Shown piece by piece: positions 9,580-21,524 of a DNA stretch of 64,000 nt; position 1 is the first letter of the stretch; every line of letters starts with the position of its first letter. The DNA is from an uncultured Gammaproteobacteria bacterium (GTDB taxonomy: Bacteria > Pseudomonadota > Gammaproteobacteria > JACCXJ01). A program made the position numbers and the translations under genes. The DNA is taken from the NCBI GenBank assembly GCA_963764725.1, contig CAVXTM010000009.1:32001-96000 (forward strand), written 5' to 3'. The notes under the pieces were generated by a model. That model worked only from the letters and a program-made list of their open reading frames with translations, was not told the origin of the DNA and made no database searches.

Positions 9580-9927
9580 TGCTGGTTCGACTAACCCCGA
9601 TCGAGATCGGTCGCGCGATGCGGTGGCCCGGCGCCGCCGGGATCGTCGCCGGGTTTTTGTGCGCGGCGTTCTGTCGGCTCGCCGAAGTCGGTCCCTTAGC
9701 CGAGTTTGTATTGACGGTCTGTACCAGCTATGCCGTTGCGACTTTGTTAATGCATCGGGCGAAACGCCGCGCGGCGTGGCGCAAGGGGAATTCGCTGGAG
9801 GCATGAGGCCGGCTCTTCTTCGCCGCGCTCCCAAGGAGGCGGCGACCCACAATATCCGCGGTGCGGAGCGCGCCCATCGATCCCTGCACGAGCGTGGGCC
9901 ATATCCGCGTGGGGCGCGGACATGGAG

Positions 9928-11490
9928 TTAGCGCGAAAAATACCGCGTTAAGTACTCGTCGAATGAAATGTGATCGGCCGTTTCAATCTCCTGCTGTTTC
10001 AATATAGATTCCCGTGCCGCTTCGATAAGCGCGTTCGAGCGGTCCTCGGGTAGGCTTAATTGTTTGAAGTATTGGACATGTTGATTTGACAGGCGCAGGG
10101 AGAATTCCAGGAAAGACTCGTGCTTGTTCCTCATCTCGGTGAGCATGCGCGCGGAGGGAAGCAGGCCGGGCGACCCCGCGGCGTGACCTTGCGCATTGAG
10201 CGCCGCGGTATAAGGACGTTCGGGGACGCCGTCATCAAGGAATGCGCACACCGCTGCGGTCCTAGCGAGGATATCGGCCGCCCAATCTGTGAGTATGCGA
10301 GCCTGGTCATGATCACGGAGTATCAAGTTGGGTTCTCGTCCGCGGGCGGCAACCAGCAGCTCGTTGCGTTCGAATTCGCGGCGGTCGTTCTCGGTAAGGG
10401 GCGGGCTTTCGGAGAACAAGCACATGAGCAAGAAGCCCTCGAGGAATCGGAGTTGCAGCAGGTTCACCCCAGTCGGATCGTACGTTTGGACATCGAGCGC
10501 GCGAACTTCTACGTACTTGACACCGCGCCTCGTCAGCGCGACGGTTGGGCGTTCACCGGACGCCGCAATCTGTTTGGGCCGCACAAAGCTGTAATATTCG
10601 TTCTCTATTTGGAGAATGTGGGTGTTGAGTTGCCGGTACTCGCCATCGACTTTGGTGCCGATGCGCTCGTAGTCCGGATAAGGCGTGTCGATCGCATGAG
10701 CGAGTCCGGCGACGTATTCCGCCAGGCTGTTATAGGAGATACTCAGGCCGGACTGGGTGCTATTCTTATAGCCAATATCGCTCATGCGCAAGGAGGTGGC
10801 ATCCGGCCGGAACAAGGTAGCGTCGAATTGCTCGAACTCCCGGCTAGGTCCTGTCAAGAACGATTTGGAGAAGGCCGGTGAAGCGCCGAACAAATAAGGA
10901 ATGATCCAGCCCCAGCGCCGCAGGTTTCGAACCAAGGCGAAATAGCAACTAGAAATGAAGTCCTGAAGGGGTTGCGGATCTCCTTCGAGATCCTTATGGA
11001 TGGGCCAGAACTCCTCGGGTAGCGAATAGTTAAAATGCACTCCGGCGATCGCCTGCATCGCGCGCCCATAGCGATACGCGAGGCCACGGCGATAGACGTG
11101 TTTCATGCGGCCGACATTGGAACTTCCGTACTGTGCGATAGGAATGCTGTCGTCGCCTTGCAGCTCACAGGGCATGCTCGATGCCCACGGTAGCTCGTCG
11201 CCGAGGTGCCGCACCGCGAACTGGTGCAGCTCGGTAAGAAAATCCAAGGTCTCCTGCGCGTCCTTGCAAGGGGGGGTGCGGAACTCGAGCAGGGCTTCCG
11301 AATAGTCGGTCGTGATATAGGGGTGTGTCAGCGCGGAGCCGAGCGCGGCCGGATGCGGCGTCTGCGCGATGTGCCCGCCGGGAGTCACGCGCAAACATTC
11401 CCTTTCAAGGCCCTTCCGTCCTAGGACTAGCAAGCGGCCGAGTGCGAGGTCCGCGAGGCGCCGCAGGCGGGTGTCAAAGATCGTGGACAC
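9928..11490 (-). CDS. gshA: Glutamate-cysteine ligase
   Basis: GLERECLRV, LGSALTHPYITTDYSEALLE, ILQIENEYYS, GVKYVEVRALD. Confidence 0.97.
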   Translation of the reverse strand: MSTIFDTRLRRLADLALGRLLVLGRKGLERECLRVTPGGHIAQTPHPAALGSALTHPYITTDYSEALLEFRTPPCKDAQETLDFLTELHQFAVRHLGDELPWASSMPCELQGDDSIPIAQYGSSNVGRMKHVYRRGLAYRYGRAMQAIAGVHFNYSLPEEFWPIHKDLEGDPQPLQDFISSCYFALVRNLRRWGWIIPYLFGASPAFSKSFLTGPSREFEQFDATLFRPDATSLRMSDIGYKNSTQSGLSISYNSLAEYVAGLAHAIDTPYPDYERIGTKVDGEYRQLNTHILQIENEYYSFVRPKQIAASGERPTVALTRRGVKYVEVRALDVQTYDPTGVNLLQLRFLEGFLLMCLFSESPPLTENDRREFERNELLVAARGREPNLILRDHDQARILTDWAADILARTAAVCAFLDDGVPERPYTAALNAQGHAAGSPGLLPSARMLTEMRNKHESFLEFSLRLSNQHVQYFKQLSLPEDRSNALIEAARESILKQQEIETADHISFDEYLTRYFSR

Positions 11491-11492
11491 TT

Positions 11493-11638
11493 AGGGAAGC
11501 TTCGCAAAAGTTACTGCGCAGCCCATCTCCTTTGTTGCGTGCTCGCTCGTCGCTCGCCTATCTACCTGATATGTTTCGCGACTCGCTCCGCGGCTTCGCG
11601 CATCTGGGCTTGCTCGCGACACTTTTGCAGAGCTCCCT
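11493..11638. mobile_element. MITE-like element with imperfect terminal inverted repeats
   Basis: AGGGAAGCTTCGCAAAAGT ... ACTTTTGCAGAGCTCCCT. Shares the subterminal motifs CTGCGCAGCCC and GGGCTTGCTCGC with 48594-48737. Confidence 0.7.
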
Positions 11639-12070
11639 TTAGGGTAGGGTGTACAAAATAACCGCATAGCGCGCGGCCTTGCCGATGGCGATCGCCGTCA
11701 ACGATCTCAAGAAGGGAAGCCGCAACCATCCCGCGGCCAGGCACAGCGCATCGCCGATGAGAGGCAGCCAGGACAGTAACAACACCAGTGTGCCCCAGCG
11801 GCGCACCATCAGGATAGCCCGCTCGCTCTTACCCTGCGTGAATCGTTCGATGGGGTAGCCGCGGGCGGCGAAATAACCAAGGAGCCAGGTCGTCAGTGCA
11901 CCGAGGGTGTTGCCGGCGGTTGCTACCGATAGCAATAGGCCGGGCGCCGTTTCCGAGCGCAGCGCGAGCCAGGCCAGGACCGCCTCCGAGCCGCCGGGCG
12001 CGATCGTTGCCGAAATGAAAGCGCTGACAAAGAGCGATATTAGCCCGAGATCGGCTGCGCTTTCGGTCAT
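11639..12070 (-). CDS. yqaA: YqaA/DedA family membrane protein
   Basis: LFVSAFISATIAPGGSE, LSWLPLIGDALCLAAGWLR, GKAARY. Confidence 0.9.
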   Translation of the reverse strand: MTESAADLGLISLFVSAFISATIAPGGSEAVLAWLALRSETAPGLLLSVATAGNTLGALTTWLLGYFAARGYPIERFTQGKSERAILMVRRWGTLVLLLSWLPLIGDALCLAAGWLRLPFLRSLTAIAIGKAARYAVILYTLP

Positions 12071-12107
12071 GGCCGCATTCCGTGGTCACGGTGGTGCTTT
12101 CGAATGC

Positions 12108-14915
12108 TCAACCGGCAAGCTGCCGCAGCACGTAGGGTAGGATCCCGCTATGCTGGTAATACTCCCACTCCTTCGGCGTATCGACGCGCACATCGGCGGC
12201 AAAACGCCGCGTGCGGCCGCCCGCTCCCGCCGCCACGACCGTGACTTCGCGCGCGCCGGCTTCGATCTCCTCAATATCGTAACTCTCCGTGCCGGTGAGC
12301 GCCAAGGTCTCGGCGTTCTGCCCGTCCTTGAAGGTCAAGGGCAAGACCCCCATGCCGACCAGGTTAGAGCGATGGATGCGCTCGAAGCTCTCGGCGAGCA
12401 CCGCGCGGACCCCGAGCAGCCGGGTTCCCTTCGCGGCCCAGTCGCGGGAAGATCCGGTGCCGTATTCCTTACCGCCGATGATCAATAACGGGACCCCTTC
12501 GTCTTGGTAGCGAACGGCGGCGTCGTAAATGCTAAGCTGCTCGCCAGAGGGTTGATACCGCGTCCATCCCCCCTCGGTTCCGGGCGCCAGGCGGTTGCGC
12601 AAGCGTATATTGGCAAAGGTGCCGCGCATCATGACCTCATGATTGCCGCGGCGCGCTCCATAAGAATTGAAATCCCTGGGTTGGACTCCGCGCTCGATCA
12701 GATAACGCCCCGCCGGACTATCGATCTTGATCGAACCCGCAGGAGAGATATGATCGGTGGTGATGGAATCGCCCAAGAGGGCCAACACCCGTGCCCGGTT
12801 GACTGGATGGATCTCTGGTGGCTCCCTTCCCATGCCGTCGAAGTAGGGAGGATTCTTGATGTACGTCGATGCAGGGTCCCACCGGTACAGCGTGCCGGTG
12901 GGCACGTTCATGCGGGCCCAGCGCGCATCTCCCGTAAATACACCGTCGTAACTCGCCGAGAACATCGCCGAGTCGAGTGTGCGCAGGACCGTATCATTGA
13001 TTTCCCGTTGGGTGGGCCAAATGTCCTTGAGATAGACCGGCGCACCGGACTGGTCCGTTCCCAACGCATCACTATAGAGGTCGATGTCCATGGTGCCGGC
13101 GATAGCATAGGCAACGACCAGCGGCGGCGAAGCCAAGAAGTTCATTTTGACCTCGGGGTGGACGCGGCCCTCGAAATTCCGGTTTCCCGAAAGTACTGAG
13201 CATACGGCCAAACTGCCTTTTGTGATGCCTTGACTGACTACATCGGGCAAGGGCCCCGAGTTGCCGATGCAGGTCGTGCAACCGTAGCCGATGACGTGAA
13301 AGCCAAGCTCTTCGAGGTAACGCATGAGTCCCGCCTTCCGCAAGTATGCGCTCACAACCTGCGAACCGGGGGCGAGGCTGGTCTTGACCCAAGGCATGAC
13401 CCGCAGGCCGCGCGCGCACGCTTTCTTTGCCAGCACGCCGGCCGCCATCATCACGCTCGGATTCGAGGTGTTCGTGCAAGAGGTGATCGCCCCGATTACG
13501 ATGGCGCCGTCCTTGAGCGCGGCGTTGCGCCCGTTGATTTTGATCATTTCCACACCCGTATGATGGGCTTCCTCGCTGCCCACTGCGGTCCCGCCGCCCT
13601 CATTGTGAAAGCGCGCCATGTCCCGGTCCTTTCCGGCCGAGCCGGAGCGCTCTTCCTGATAGACGCGCAGCACCTTCGACACCACCTCCTTGGCGTTCTT
13701 GAGCGCGATCCGATCTTGGGGTCGCTTGGGTCCGGCAAGCGACGGTGCGACGCTGCCCATGTCGAGCGTGAGCACCTCGGTGTAACGAGCGGTGGGACTC
13801 TTAGCGTCACGCCAAAACCCTTGTGTGCGCGCGTAGGTCTCCACCAAAGCGACCTGTTCGGGGGCGCGGCCGGAGAGCCGCAGGTAGTTGATGGTTTCCT
13901 GATCGATGGGGAAAATACCACAGGTTGCGCCGTACTCGGGCGCCATGTTGGCGATCGTTGCCCGATCGGCCAAGGGGAGGTGGTCGAGTCCCTCGCCGAA
14001 GAATTCGACGAACTTACCGACCACGCCCTTTTTTCTGAGTATATGCGTGACGGTGAGCACGAGATCGGTCGCAGTCGCCCCCTCCGCTAGACGGCCGGTG
14101 AGGCGAAATCCGACCACTTGCGGGATCAGCATCGTGATCGGTTGTCCTAACATCGCCGCCTCGGCCTCGATGCCCCCGACGCCCCACCCAAGCACCCCGA
14201 GCCCATTGACCATCGTCGTGTGCGAGTCGGTTCCGACCACGGTGTCCGGATAGGCTTGGGCGGTTCCGTTGACACCGTGAGAGTAGACGGCACGAGCGAG
14301 ATATTCGAGGTTGACCTGATGGACGATGCCCGTGTCAGGCGGCACGACCTTGAAGTTCGAGAAGGCCTGTTGCCCCCAGCGCAGAAACGCATAGCGCTCT
14401 TGATTGCGCTCGAATTCGATCGCCGCATTTTTTTCCGCAGCATCCGTGCTACCGAAGACATCGACCTGAACGGAGTGGTCGATGACCAGTTCGGCGGGAG
14501 ATAAGGGATTGATCTTGGCGGGGTCGCCTCCGAGGCGCTGCATGGCTTCCCGCATCGCCGCGAGATCGACTACCGCCGGTACGCCCGTGAAGTCTTGCAT
14601 CAGGACGCGCGCCGGCGTGAAGGCGATCTCTTTGCTGGGCTCGGCCTTTGGATCCCAGGTGGCAAGCGCCTCGATGTCTGCTTTAGTAACGTTAACGCCG
14701 TCCTCATGGCGCAAGAGGTTTTCCAAGAGAATCTTGAGGGAATAAGGGAGCATCGCCGTGGGATAGCGGCGCTCAAGGGCGGTGAGATTGTGGATTTGAT
14801 AAGGCGCGTTAGCGGCCTCGATAATCTCCCGCGTGTTAAAACTGTCGTTCATCATTTCTCCCATGTAACGAGGAATCGCGTAATTCACTACTACCCCGCC
14901 GCTTGCGTCGGGCAC
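12108..14915 (-). CDS. acnA: Aconitate hydratase 1 (true start probably near 14855)
   Basis: [51 protein letters not shown]. Confidence 0.97.
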   Translation of the reverse strand: MPDASGGVVVNYAIPRYMGEMMNDSFNTREIIEAANAPYQIHNLTALERRYPTAMLPYSLKILLENLLRHEDGVNVTKADIEALATWDPKAEPSKEIAFTPARVLMQDFTGVPAVVDLAAMREAMQRLGGDPAKINPLSPAELVIDHSVQVDVFGSTDAAEKNAAIEFERNQERYAFLRWGQQAFSNFKVVPPDTGIVHQVNLEYLARAVYSHGVNGTAQAYPDTVVGTDSHTTMVNGLGVLGWGVGGIEAEAAMLGQPITMLIPQVVGFRLTGRLAEGATATDLVLTVTHILRKKGVVGKFVEFFGEGLDHLPLADRATIANMAPEYGATCGIFPIDQETINYLRLSGRAPEQVALVETYARTQGFWRDAKSPTARYTEVLTLDMGSVAPSLAGPKRPQDRIALKNAKEVVSKVLRVYQEERSGSAGKDRDMARFHNEGGGTAVGSEEAHHTGVEMIKINGRNAALKDGAIVIGAITSCTNTSNPSVMMAAGVLAKKACARGLRVMPWVKTSLAPGSQVVSAYLRKAGLMRYLEELGFHVIGYGCTTCIGNSGPLPDVVSQGITKGSLAVCSVLSGNRNFEGRVHPEVKMNFLASPPLVVAYAIAGTMDIDLYSDALGTDQSGAPVYLKDIWPTQREINDTVLRTLDSAMFSASYDGVFTGDARWARMNVPTGTLYRWDPASTYIKNPPYFDGMGREPPEIHPVNRARVLALLGDSITTDHISPAGSIKIDSPAGRYLIERGVQPRDFNSYGARRGNHEVMMRGTFANIRLRNRLAPGTEGGWTRYQPSGEQLSIYDAAVRYQDEGVPLLIIGGKEYGTGSSRDWAAKGTRLLGVRAVLAESFERIHRSNLVGMGVLPLTFKDGQNAETLALTGTESYDIEEIEAGAREVTVVAAGAGGRTRRFAADVRVDTPKEWEYYQHSGILPYVLRQLAG

Positions 14916-14954
14916 TCTTGATTATCCGCTATCCGACGGTGAACCGATAGGCTA

Positions 14955-16235
14955 TCAGGGGGCGCCGCGGAATACGTGATCGATAGTTGCACCGCCTAAA
15001 CACACTTCCTCCTGGTAGAACACCGCGGCTTGGCCGGGCGTGGCCGCCCATTGTGGCGCCTCGAATACGAGCCGGCAGCGGCCAGCGTCGATCGCCGTAA
15101 TCGTGGCGGGCTGGTCGGCTTGGCGGTAGCGGGTCTTCACAGTGCATCGCAATGGGAATATCGGGGCGCGAGCGGCCACCCAGTGCAAAGACGACGCTTC
15201 CAACGACCGGCAGAGAAGCCGTGGGTGCTCATGTCCCTGCCCCACCACGAGCATGTTGTTTTTCAGGTCCTTCTCCAAGACGTACCAGGGCGCTTCCAAG
15301 GCTCCCTTGACGCCGCCGATCCCGAGCCCCTCACGCTGGCCAAGCGTGTAATAGACGACGCCGGGGTGCTCGCCGATCACCTCGCCGTCGAGGCTACGGA
15401 TCTCACCCGGGGTGATGGGAAGGTAGCGGCTGAGAAACGGCCGAAAGCGGCGCTCGCCGATAAAGCACATCCCGGTGCTGTCGCGTTTGTCGTGTACCCA
15501 GAGCCGTGCCTCGGCTGCTGCCGCGCGTACTTCTGATTTACGCATGGACCCGACCGGAAATACACTATGAGCTAACTGAGCCTGGCCGAGCATATAGAGA
15601 AAATAACTCTGATCCTTGGCCGGGTCGATCCCTCGCAACAGTTGCAACTGCCCATCCCGATGCGCGATCCTTGCGTAGTGTCCCGTGCCCATGGAGCCAC
15701 CACCCGACGCCAGCGCGTGGTCGAGACAGGCCTTAAATTTGACCTCGCGGTTGCAAAGCACGTCCGGGTTGGGCGTCCGTCCCGCCTGAAGCTCAGCGAG
15801 AAAACGGCTGAATACGCGCTGGCGATACTCGGCAGCGAAGTTGACGACTTCGATATCGATGCCGAGGCGCTCGGCGACCGCCACGGCGTCGATGAGATCC
15901 TCGCGGCTCGGACAGTCGCTTTCCGTATCCTCGTCCTCCCAATTTTTCATGAACACGCCGCTGACCATATAGCCTTGACGTTTCATGAGCAGGGCCGCGA
16001 CGGCGGAGTCCACGCCGCCCGAGAGGGCGACGATGACGCGTTGGTTTCGGCACACCGTCGCGCCGAAGGGGTGCATCCCGCTCATGCGACGCATTCCGCG
16101 ATACGATCGAGCGGAAAGCGGCCGCCGCGCTCGCTGATGGTGGTGACAATTATTTGAGAATTCCATTGCATGGATAGACTTTATCATGGATGATGCGGCA
16201 CACGTTTTGCCTTTCCCTAAACCCGGCGCTGGCAA
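14955..16235 (-). CDS. mnmA: tRNA 2-thiouridylase (true start probably near 16085)
   Basis: SGGVDS, TPNPDVLCN, KDQSYFL, DSTGMCFIGER, PGQAAVFY. Confidence 0.96.
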   Translation of the reverse strand: MPAPGLGKGKTCAASSMIKSIHAMEFSNNCHHHQRARRPLSARSYRGMRRMSGMHPFGATVCRNQRVIVALSGGVDSAVAALLMKRQGYMVSGVFMKNWEDEDTESDCPSREDLIDAVAVAERLGIDIEVVNFAAEYRQRVFSRFLAELQAGRTPNPDVLCNREVKFKACLDHALASGGGSMGTGHYARIAHRDGQLQLLRGIDPAKDQSYFLYMLGQAQLAHSVFPVGSMRKSEVRAAAAEARLWVHDKRDSTGMCFIGERRFRPFLSRYLPITPGEIRSLDGEVIGEHPGVVYYTLGQREGLGIGGVKGALEAPWYVLEKDLKNNMLVVGQGHEHPRLLCRSLEASSLHWVAARAPIFPLRCTVKTRYRQADQPATITAIDAGRCRLVFEAPQWAATPGQAAVFYQEEVCLGGATIDHVFRGAP

Positions 16236-16397
16236 AATCCCCGCCTACCGCCCGCACAAGCCGTTTATCTAATAGCGAATAACGTGGTATCTTTTACCCT
16301 GCCGACGAGTTCTGAGGTTTTAATCTTTGCCATACCGCGATAGCGTGCTCCCGCTTAGAATCCGACAACTGCCTACCGTAGTGACGCAGGCGCGTTC

Positions 16398-18524
16398 ATG
16401 ATGCCGAAAATTCGATGGCTACTGTTTGTTTTCCTGGCCGCTCTTACGCAAGGGGGCTGGGGTACCTCACCGCGTGTCGACGATGCCGAGCTGGTGGCGA
16501 CACCCGAGCATCGGCGCGCCACTAAACTCATCGCGCATTACCTCGCCAATTACCATTACAAGAAGGTGAGCTTCGATGATGCCATGTCGGCCGAGGTGTT
16601 GAAACGCTTCGTCGAGTCCTTGGATCCGAATCGCAGTTACTTTCTGCTCGAAGACATGAACCGCTTCGCGGTCTATCGAGACCAATTAGACGAGGCCGTG
16701 AAGGAGGCTAAGCTTGGGCCGGCGTTCGAGATCTTCAAGGTATTCCGCCGGAGGCTCGAGGAGCGGGTCACCTACGCCCGCGAATTGCTCGCGCAGCCGC
16801 TTGATTTCACCGTTGATGAGGAGTTCGTGCTCGACCGCAGCCGCGCCCCGTGGGCGCGCGACCGCGGCGAGCTTGAAGAACTCTGGCGCAAGCGCGTCAA
16901 GAATGACGTGTTGAACCTCGTGACCACCGGCCAGGATCAAAAGAAGGCGGTAAGCACCATCTCCGACCGATATCAGGTGCTTGCGCGCCATACTTATCAA
17001 ATGTCGGCCGATGACGTCTTCGAGATCTTCATCAACTCCTATACGGCGAGTGTGGAACCGCATACAACCTATTTTTCAGCGCGCAACTCCGAGGACTTCA
17101 AGATCCGCATGAGCCTATCGCTGGAAGGCGTGGGCGCGGTGTTGCGCAATGAGAACGAGTACACGATCGTACAGCAGGTGGTTGCCGGCGGGCCCGCGGC
17201 CAAAAGCGGACGGCTCCAGCCGGAGGATCGGATTGTCGCCGTTGCACAGGGATCGGCGGGTTCTTGGGCCGATATAATCGGATGGCGCCTGGAAAAAGTC
17301 GTGGACCTCATTCGCGGGCCGCGCGGCACCGTCGTTAGACTACAGCTCATTCCGAAGGGTGCGGCCACGAGCACGCCGACGGTCATCGTCCTGACGCGCG
17401 AGAAGATAGAATTGGAAGATCAAGCCGCGAAGCAAGCCGTGATCGAGGTGCCACGGGAGAAGCCCAGCATGCGCATCGGCGTGATCACGCTGCCCGCGTT
17501 TTATATCGACTTTGCCGCGCGGGCGCGGGGCGAGAAAGATTATCGCAGTACCACCCGCGATGTGCGGGCATTGATCGTCAAGCTGATGCAAGCCAAGGTG
17601 GATGGAATCGTCATGGACTTGCGCGGCAACGGAGGCGGATCCTTAGTCGAGGCCACCGAGCTTACGGGCTTGTTTATTCCCGAGGGGCCGATTGTGCAAG
17701 TGCGGGACGCCTCAGGCGCGATCGATGTGAATGAAGATCCGGACCCCGCCGTTATGTATAAAGGGCCGCTTGCCGTCTTGGTGGACCGGCAGAGCGCCTC
17801 CGCCTCGGAGATCTTTGCGGCCGCGATCCAGGATTACCGGCGCGGGATCGTGGTCGGCCAGCCCACGTTCGGCAAGGGCACAGTGCAGAATCTAATAGAC
17901 CTCGATCAAATCGATAGCACCGAGGGTGAGGATCTCGGCCAACTCAAGGCCACGGTGGCGCAATTCTTCCGTATCAACGGCAGCAGTACGCAGCACCGCG
18001 GTGTGGTACCGGATATCGCGTTCCCGGCGGTATTAAACAGCACCGATCTGGGCGAACGGACGTTCGACAACGCCTTGCCCTGGGATCGGATCGGAGCGGC
18101 GAAGTACGCCCCATTGAGCGCTCCGATGCACACGCTTCAGGAAGCGCGATGGCGCCACAACTCCCGGGTCAGCCAGGCGCCTATCTTTTCGCTGTTGATT
18201 CATGAAGCGCAACGCCAGCGGCAGGAAGAGGTGCGCAATCGCGTCAGTCTCCTCGAGCGTAAGCGCCGGGAACGGCAGGAGGCGGAGGAGCGCTGGCAAC
18301 GCGAATTGGAAAAGCGTTATCGCGAAGTTTTTAAGACAACGCCGACGCCTTACCAGAAAGCAAGCGATTCGAGCGCTGCTAGTGCCGATAAACCCATCGA
18401 CATCGGCCAGGTGACGCTGTACGAGACCGCCTATGTGCTCCACGACGTGATTGAGTTAGCGCGGAGCAGGGCGGCACCGGCAGCGAGCGCGGGCAACGAG
18501 TGGAGGCCGGGATTGGCGAAGTAG
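16398..18524 (+). CDS. prc: Tail-specific (C-terminal processing) protease
   Basis: Signal peptide, PDZ region, DLRGNGGG, SASASEIFA, TFGKGTVQ. Confidence 0.95.
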   Translation: MMPKIRWLLFVFLAALTQGGWGTSPRVDDAELVATPEHRRATKLIAHYLANYHYKKVSFDDAMSAEVLKRFVESLDPNRSYFLLEDMNRFAVYRDQLDEAVKEAKLGPAFEIFKVFRRRLEERVTYARELLAQPLDFTVDEEFVLDRSRAPWARDRGELEELWRKRVKNDVLNLVTTGQDQKKAVSTISDRYQVLARHTYQMSADDVFEIFINSYTASVEPHTTYFSARNSEDFKIRMSLSLEGVGAVLRNENEYTIVQQVVAGGPAAKSGRLQPEDRIVAVAQGSAGSWADIIGWRLEKVVDLIRGPRGTVVRLQLIPKGAATSTPTVIVLTREKIELEDQAAKQAVIEVPREKPSMRIGVITLPAFYIDFAARARGEKDYRSTTRDVRALIVKLMQAKVDGIVMDLRGNGGGSLVEATELTGLFIPEGPIVQVRDASGAIDVNEDPDPAVMYKGPLAVLVDRQSASASEIFAAAIQDYRRGIVVGQPTFGKGTVQNLIDLDQIDSTEGEDLGQLKATVAQFFRINGSSTQHRGVVPDIAFPAVLNSTDLGERTFDNALPWDRIGAAKYAPLSAPMHTLQEARWRHNSRVSQAPIFSLLIHEAQRQRQEEVRNRVSLLERKRRERQEAEERWQRELEKRYREVFKTTPTPYQKASDSSAASADKPIDIGQVTLYETAYVLHDVIELARSRAAPAASAGNEWRPGLAK

Positions 18525-18549
18525 TATTTTTCGCCTTCGCGCAAGCCGC

Positions 18550-19731
18550 TTACGTGGCCCGCTTGAAATTCGTGCCGTGATCGTAGAACAAGTACACTAA
18601 CTCGTTCAGATAGCGGAGACCGAGCGCTGTGGGTTGGATATGCCCAGCGCTGTAATCGATGAGGCCGCGTTGGGCGGCGTCGATCAAGGAAGGTTCGATG
18701 ATCTCGATGGGCAAGCCCGTGTGATGGTTGAAAAGTGTCGAGGGGAATCCGTGTCTCAGCCGCAGGGCGTTGATCATGAATTCGACAATAATTTCGTCCG
18801 CACCGAGGCGGTGTTCATCCTGGATGGCGGCCGCGGTCCCAGCCCCGTGCATGAAGATCTCGGGGTTGCGGCGCTTGGCCGTGCGTACGATCCGCTGTTC
18901 GACCGGATCGCTGATTTTTCCGTGGGCACCCGCACCGATGCCCAAGTAATCGCCGAAACGCCAGTAGTTGAGGTTATGCCGACAGCGGTGCTCCCCGCGT
19001 GCATAGGCCGACACCTCGTACTGGACATAGCCCTGCGCGGCGAGCGTGGCCTGGCCGGCCTGGTAGATCTCCCAGAGCGCGTCGTCATCGGGAAGCGATG
19101 GCGGGTGGCGGAAAAACGCAGTGTTGGGTTCGATGGTCAACTGGTACCACGACAGGTGTTCAGGCCCGAGGGCGATGGCTTGCGACAAATCATAAAGGGC
19201 GCCAGCGCGAGTATCTTCCGGGAGCCCGAACATCAAGTCCAGATTGATGTTGTCGAATCCGGCCTCGCGCGCGGCGTGGAACGCACGCCGGGCCTCTTCC
19301 CCGCTGTGGATGCGGCCGAGCGACGCCAATTGCGGATCGCGCAGGCTTTGGACGCCGATCGACAAGCGGTTGACCCCGGCGTGCTTGTACTCCCGGAGGC
19401 GCTCGGCGGTTAGCGTGCCGGGATTGGATTCCAAGGTGATCTCACTCTGCGCGCCGAGCGGCAGCCGCCCGCGGATCCCATCCAGCAGAGCGCTCAGCGC
19501 CTCTCCGGATAATAGGCTCGGCGTGCCGCCCCCGATAAACACGCTCAGCACCTCGCGCTTCGGCACGCGCGCCCGTTCGCAGGCGAGATCCTGGAGCAAG
19601 GCTCGTAAGTAGTCTTGCTCAGGCAGCTCGCCGCGGACCTCGTGCGAGTTGAAGTCACAGTACGGACATTTGCGCACGCACCACGGGACGTGGACATAGA
19701 GCGAAAGCGGTGGCGGCTCCCGCAGTTTCAT
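18550..19731 (-). CDS. hemW: Radical SAM heme chaperone
   Basis: LYVHVPWCVRKCPYCDFNS, HNLNYWRFGDYLGIGAGAHG. Confidence 0.95.
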   Translation of the reverse strand: MKLREPPPLSLYVHVPWCVRKCPYCDFNSHEVRGELPEQDYLRALLQDLACERARVPKREVLSVFIGGGTPSLLSGEALSALLDGIRGRLPLGAQSEITLESNPGTLTAERLREYKHAGVNRLSIGVQSLRDPQLASLGRIHSGEEARRAFHAAREAGFDNINLDLMFGLPEDTRAGALYDLSQAIALGPEHLSWYQLTIEPNTAFFRHPPSLPDDDALWEIYQAGQATLAAQGYVQYEVSAYARGEHRCRHNLNYWRFGDYLGIGAGAHGKISDPVEQRIVRTAKRRNPEIFMHGAGTAAAIQDEHRLGADEIIVEFMINALRLRHGFPSTLFNHHTGLPIEIIEPSLIDAAQRGLIDYSAGHIQPTALGLRYLNELVYLFYDHGTNFKRAT

Positions 19732-19734
19732 AGG

Positions 19735-20367
19735 CTATGGCAGGCGATAGTGCGCGCATAGCAGCGCGTAGAGTTGTCGCAACGCTTGACCGCGGTGGCT
19801 CAAGCGGTTCTTGGTTTCCAGATCCAGATCGGCGGCCGAGCACGCACGGTCCGGTAGGAAAAAGATCGGGTCATAACCGAACCCATTGGGGCCCTGGGGG
19901 GCGCGCAGCAGACGGCCTTCCCAAACGCCCTGAGCGATGAGCGGGGCGGGATCGGCGGCCTGCTTGAGATAAACCATGGTGCAATGAAATCGGGCCTGGC
20001 GGCGGTCGTCCGGGACACGCGCCGCTTCGCGCAATACCTTGTCTACATTCGCTTGATCGCTAGCCTCCGGCCCGGCATAGCGTGCCGAATAGATCCCGGG
20101 AGCGCCGCCGAGGGCGTCGACCTCGAGACCGGAATCATCGGCGATGGCGGGGAGACCCGTCCGGGCCACGGCCCACCGTGCCTTAATAATAGCATTTTCA
20201 ACGAACGTGAGCCCGGTTTCCGCGGCCTCCCCGAGGTAGAATTCGGACTGTGCGAGAACCTCGATTCCCACGCCGCCGAGGATCGCGGCGATCTCTTGAA
20301 GCTTGCCGCGATTGGCGCTCGCGACAAGCACCCGGCGCGGAAGACGCACCTTTGCCGAGATCGTCAC
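19735..20367 (-). CDS. rdgB: dITP/XTP pyrophosphatase
   Basis: [37 protein letters not shown]. Confidence 0.96.
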   Translation of the reverse strand: MTISAKVRLPRRVLVASANRGKLQEIAAILGGVGIEVLAQSEFYLGEAAETGLTFVENAIIKARWAVARTGLPAIADDSGLEVDALGGAPGIYSARYAGPEASDQANVDKVLREAARVPDDRRQARFHCTMVYLKQAADPAPLIAQGVWEGRLLRAPQGPNGFGYDPIFFLPDRACSAADLDLETKNRLSHRGQALRQLYALLCAHYRLP

Positions 20368-21080
20368 GTGGCTAATATTTGGCGTTGCAGCGCGATAAGC
20401 TTGGCGGTTCCTTGACGGGCGAGGTCGAGCATCTTGTGCAGCTCATCCATGCGAAAGGCGTGACCTTCGGCGGTTCCTTGCAGTTCGACAAAGTTACCCA
20501 TATCGTTCATCACCACATTCATGTCGGTTTCCGCCTCGCTGTCCTCGCTGTAATCGAGATCCACGATGGGATTTCCACGGTAAATGCCGACCGATACGGC
20601 GGCGACCATTCCGTGGATCGGGCTCGCCTTAAACACGCCTTTGCGGACCAGCGTGGCGATCGCATCCGCCAGGGCCACGTAGCCCCCGGTGATGGAAGCG
20701 GTGCGCGTGCCCCCGTCGGCTTGAATGACGTCACAGTCGATCGTGACCGTGCGTTCGCCTAAAGCGCTAAAGTCAACCACCGCGCGCAAGGATCGGCCGA
20801 TGAGCCGCTGGATCTCGAGCGTCCTGCCGCTTTGCCTCCCGTCGCTCGATTCCCGTCGCATGCGGCTATTCGTCGCCCGCGGCAGCATCCCGTATTCGGC
20901 GGTCACCCAGCCTTTCCCGCTACCGCGCAGAAACGGGGGAACGCGCTCATCGATGCTCGCGTTGCAGATGATCTTGGTGTGTCCGTATTCGACTAACGCG
21001 GAACCTTCGGCATAGCGGGTAAAGTTGCGTTTGATCGCGATCGGCCGTAATTCATCGGCCTTTCGTCCGCTCGGACGCAT
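20364..21080 (-). CDS. rph: Ribonuclease PH
   Basis: [40 protein letters not shown]. Confidence 0.98.
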   Translation of the reverse strand: MRPSGRKADELRPIAIKRNFTRYAEGSALVEYGHTKIICNASIDERVPPFLRGSGKGWVTAEYGMLPRATNSRMRRESSDGRQSGRTLEIQRLIGRSLRAVVDFSALGERTVTIDCDVIQADGGTRTASITGGYVALADAIATLVRKGVFKASPIHGMVAAVSVGIYRGNPIVDLDYSEDSEAETDMNVVMNDMGNFVELQGTAEGHAFRMDELHKMLDLARQGTAKLIALQRQILAT

Positions 21081-21255
21081 ATCTCCCCCTCCTTCAACGT
21101 AAATTGGACATTATAAACTGGATTCGTATGGCAAACCCGTCGGAAATCCTTAGCCACTTGGTCGCATCGCCATGCTGTAGGGCACCGCTAGAGTGCGATC
21201 CGAGCGTAGCATGTATACTTATTACTCAATGAAAATGCGTCGAGAGGACAAAACG

Positions 21256-21522
21256 ATGAAACAGGCACTCTGGATTAACTCAGTCATCGCGTTGCTCGCG
21301 GCGGCTTCCGCTCACGCCGCCGAAGGTGAATTCAAGAAAGATTGCACCATGGGTCTCGCGATGAAGCAGCACGTAGCCACCGACTGCTCGGTCAACTGGG
21401 CAGGGGAGGACGGCAAGACCTATTGCTTCGGCAACGAAGCGGCCAAGGCTGAGTTTTTGAAAGACGTTCCGGGCAATATGGGCAAGGCGCAAATCTTCTG
21501 GGAACAAGGCAAGGCGCACTAA
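21256..21522 (+). CDS. Small secreted YHS-like Cys-containing protein
   Basis: GAGG RBS then ATG 21256; signal peptide ending ASAHA; DGKTYCFGNEAAKAEFLKD. Confidence 0.75.
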   Translation: MKQALWINSVIALLAAASAHAAEGEFKKDCTMGLAMKQHVATDCSVNWAGEDGKTYCFGNEAAKAEFLKDVPGNMGKAQIFWEQGKAH

Positions 21523-21524
21523 GG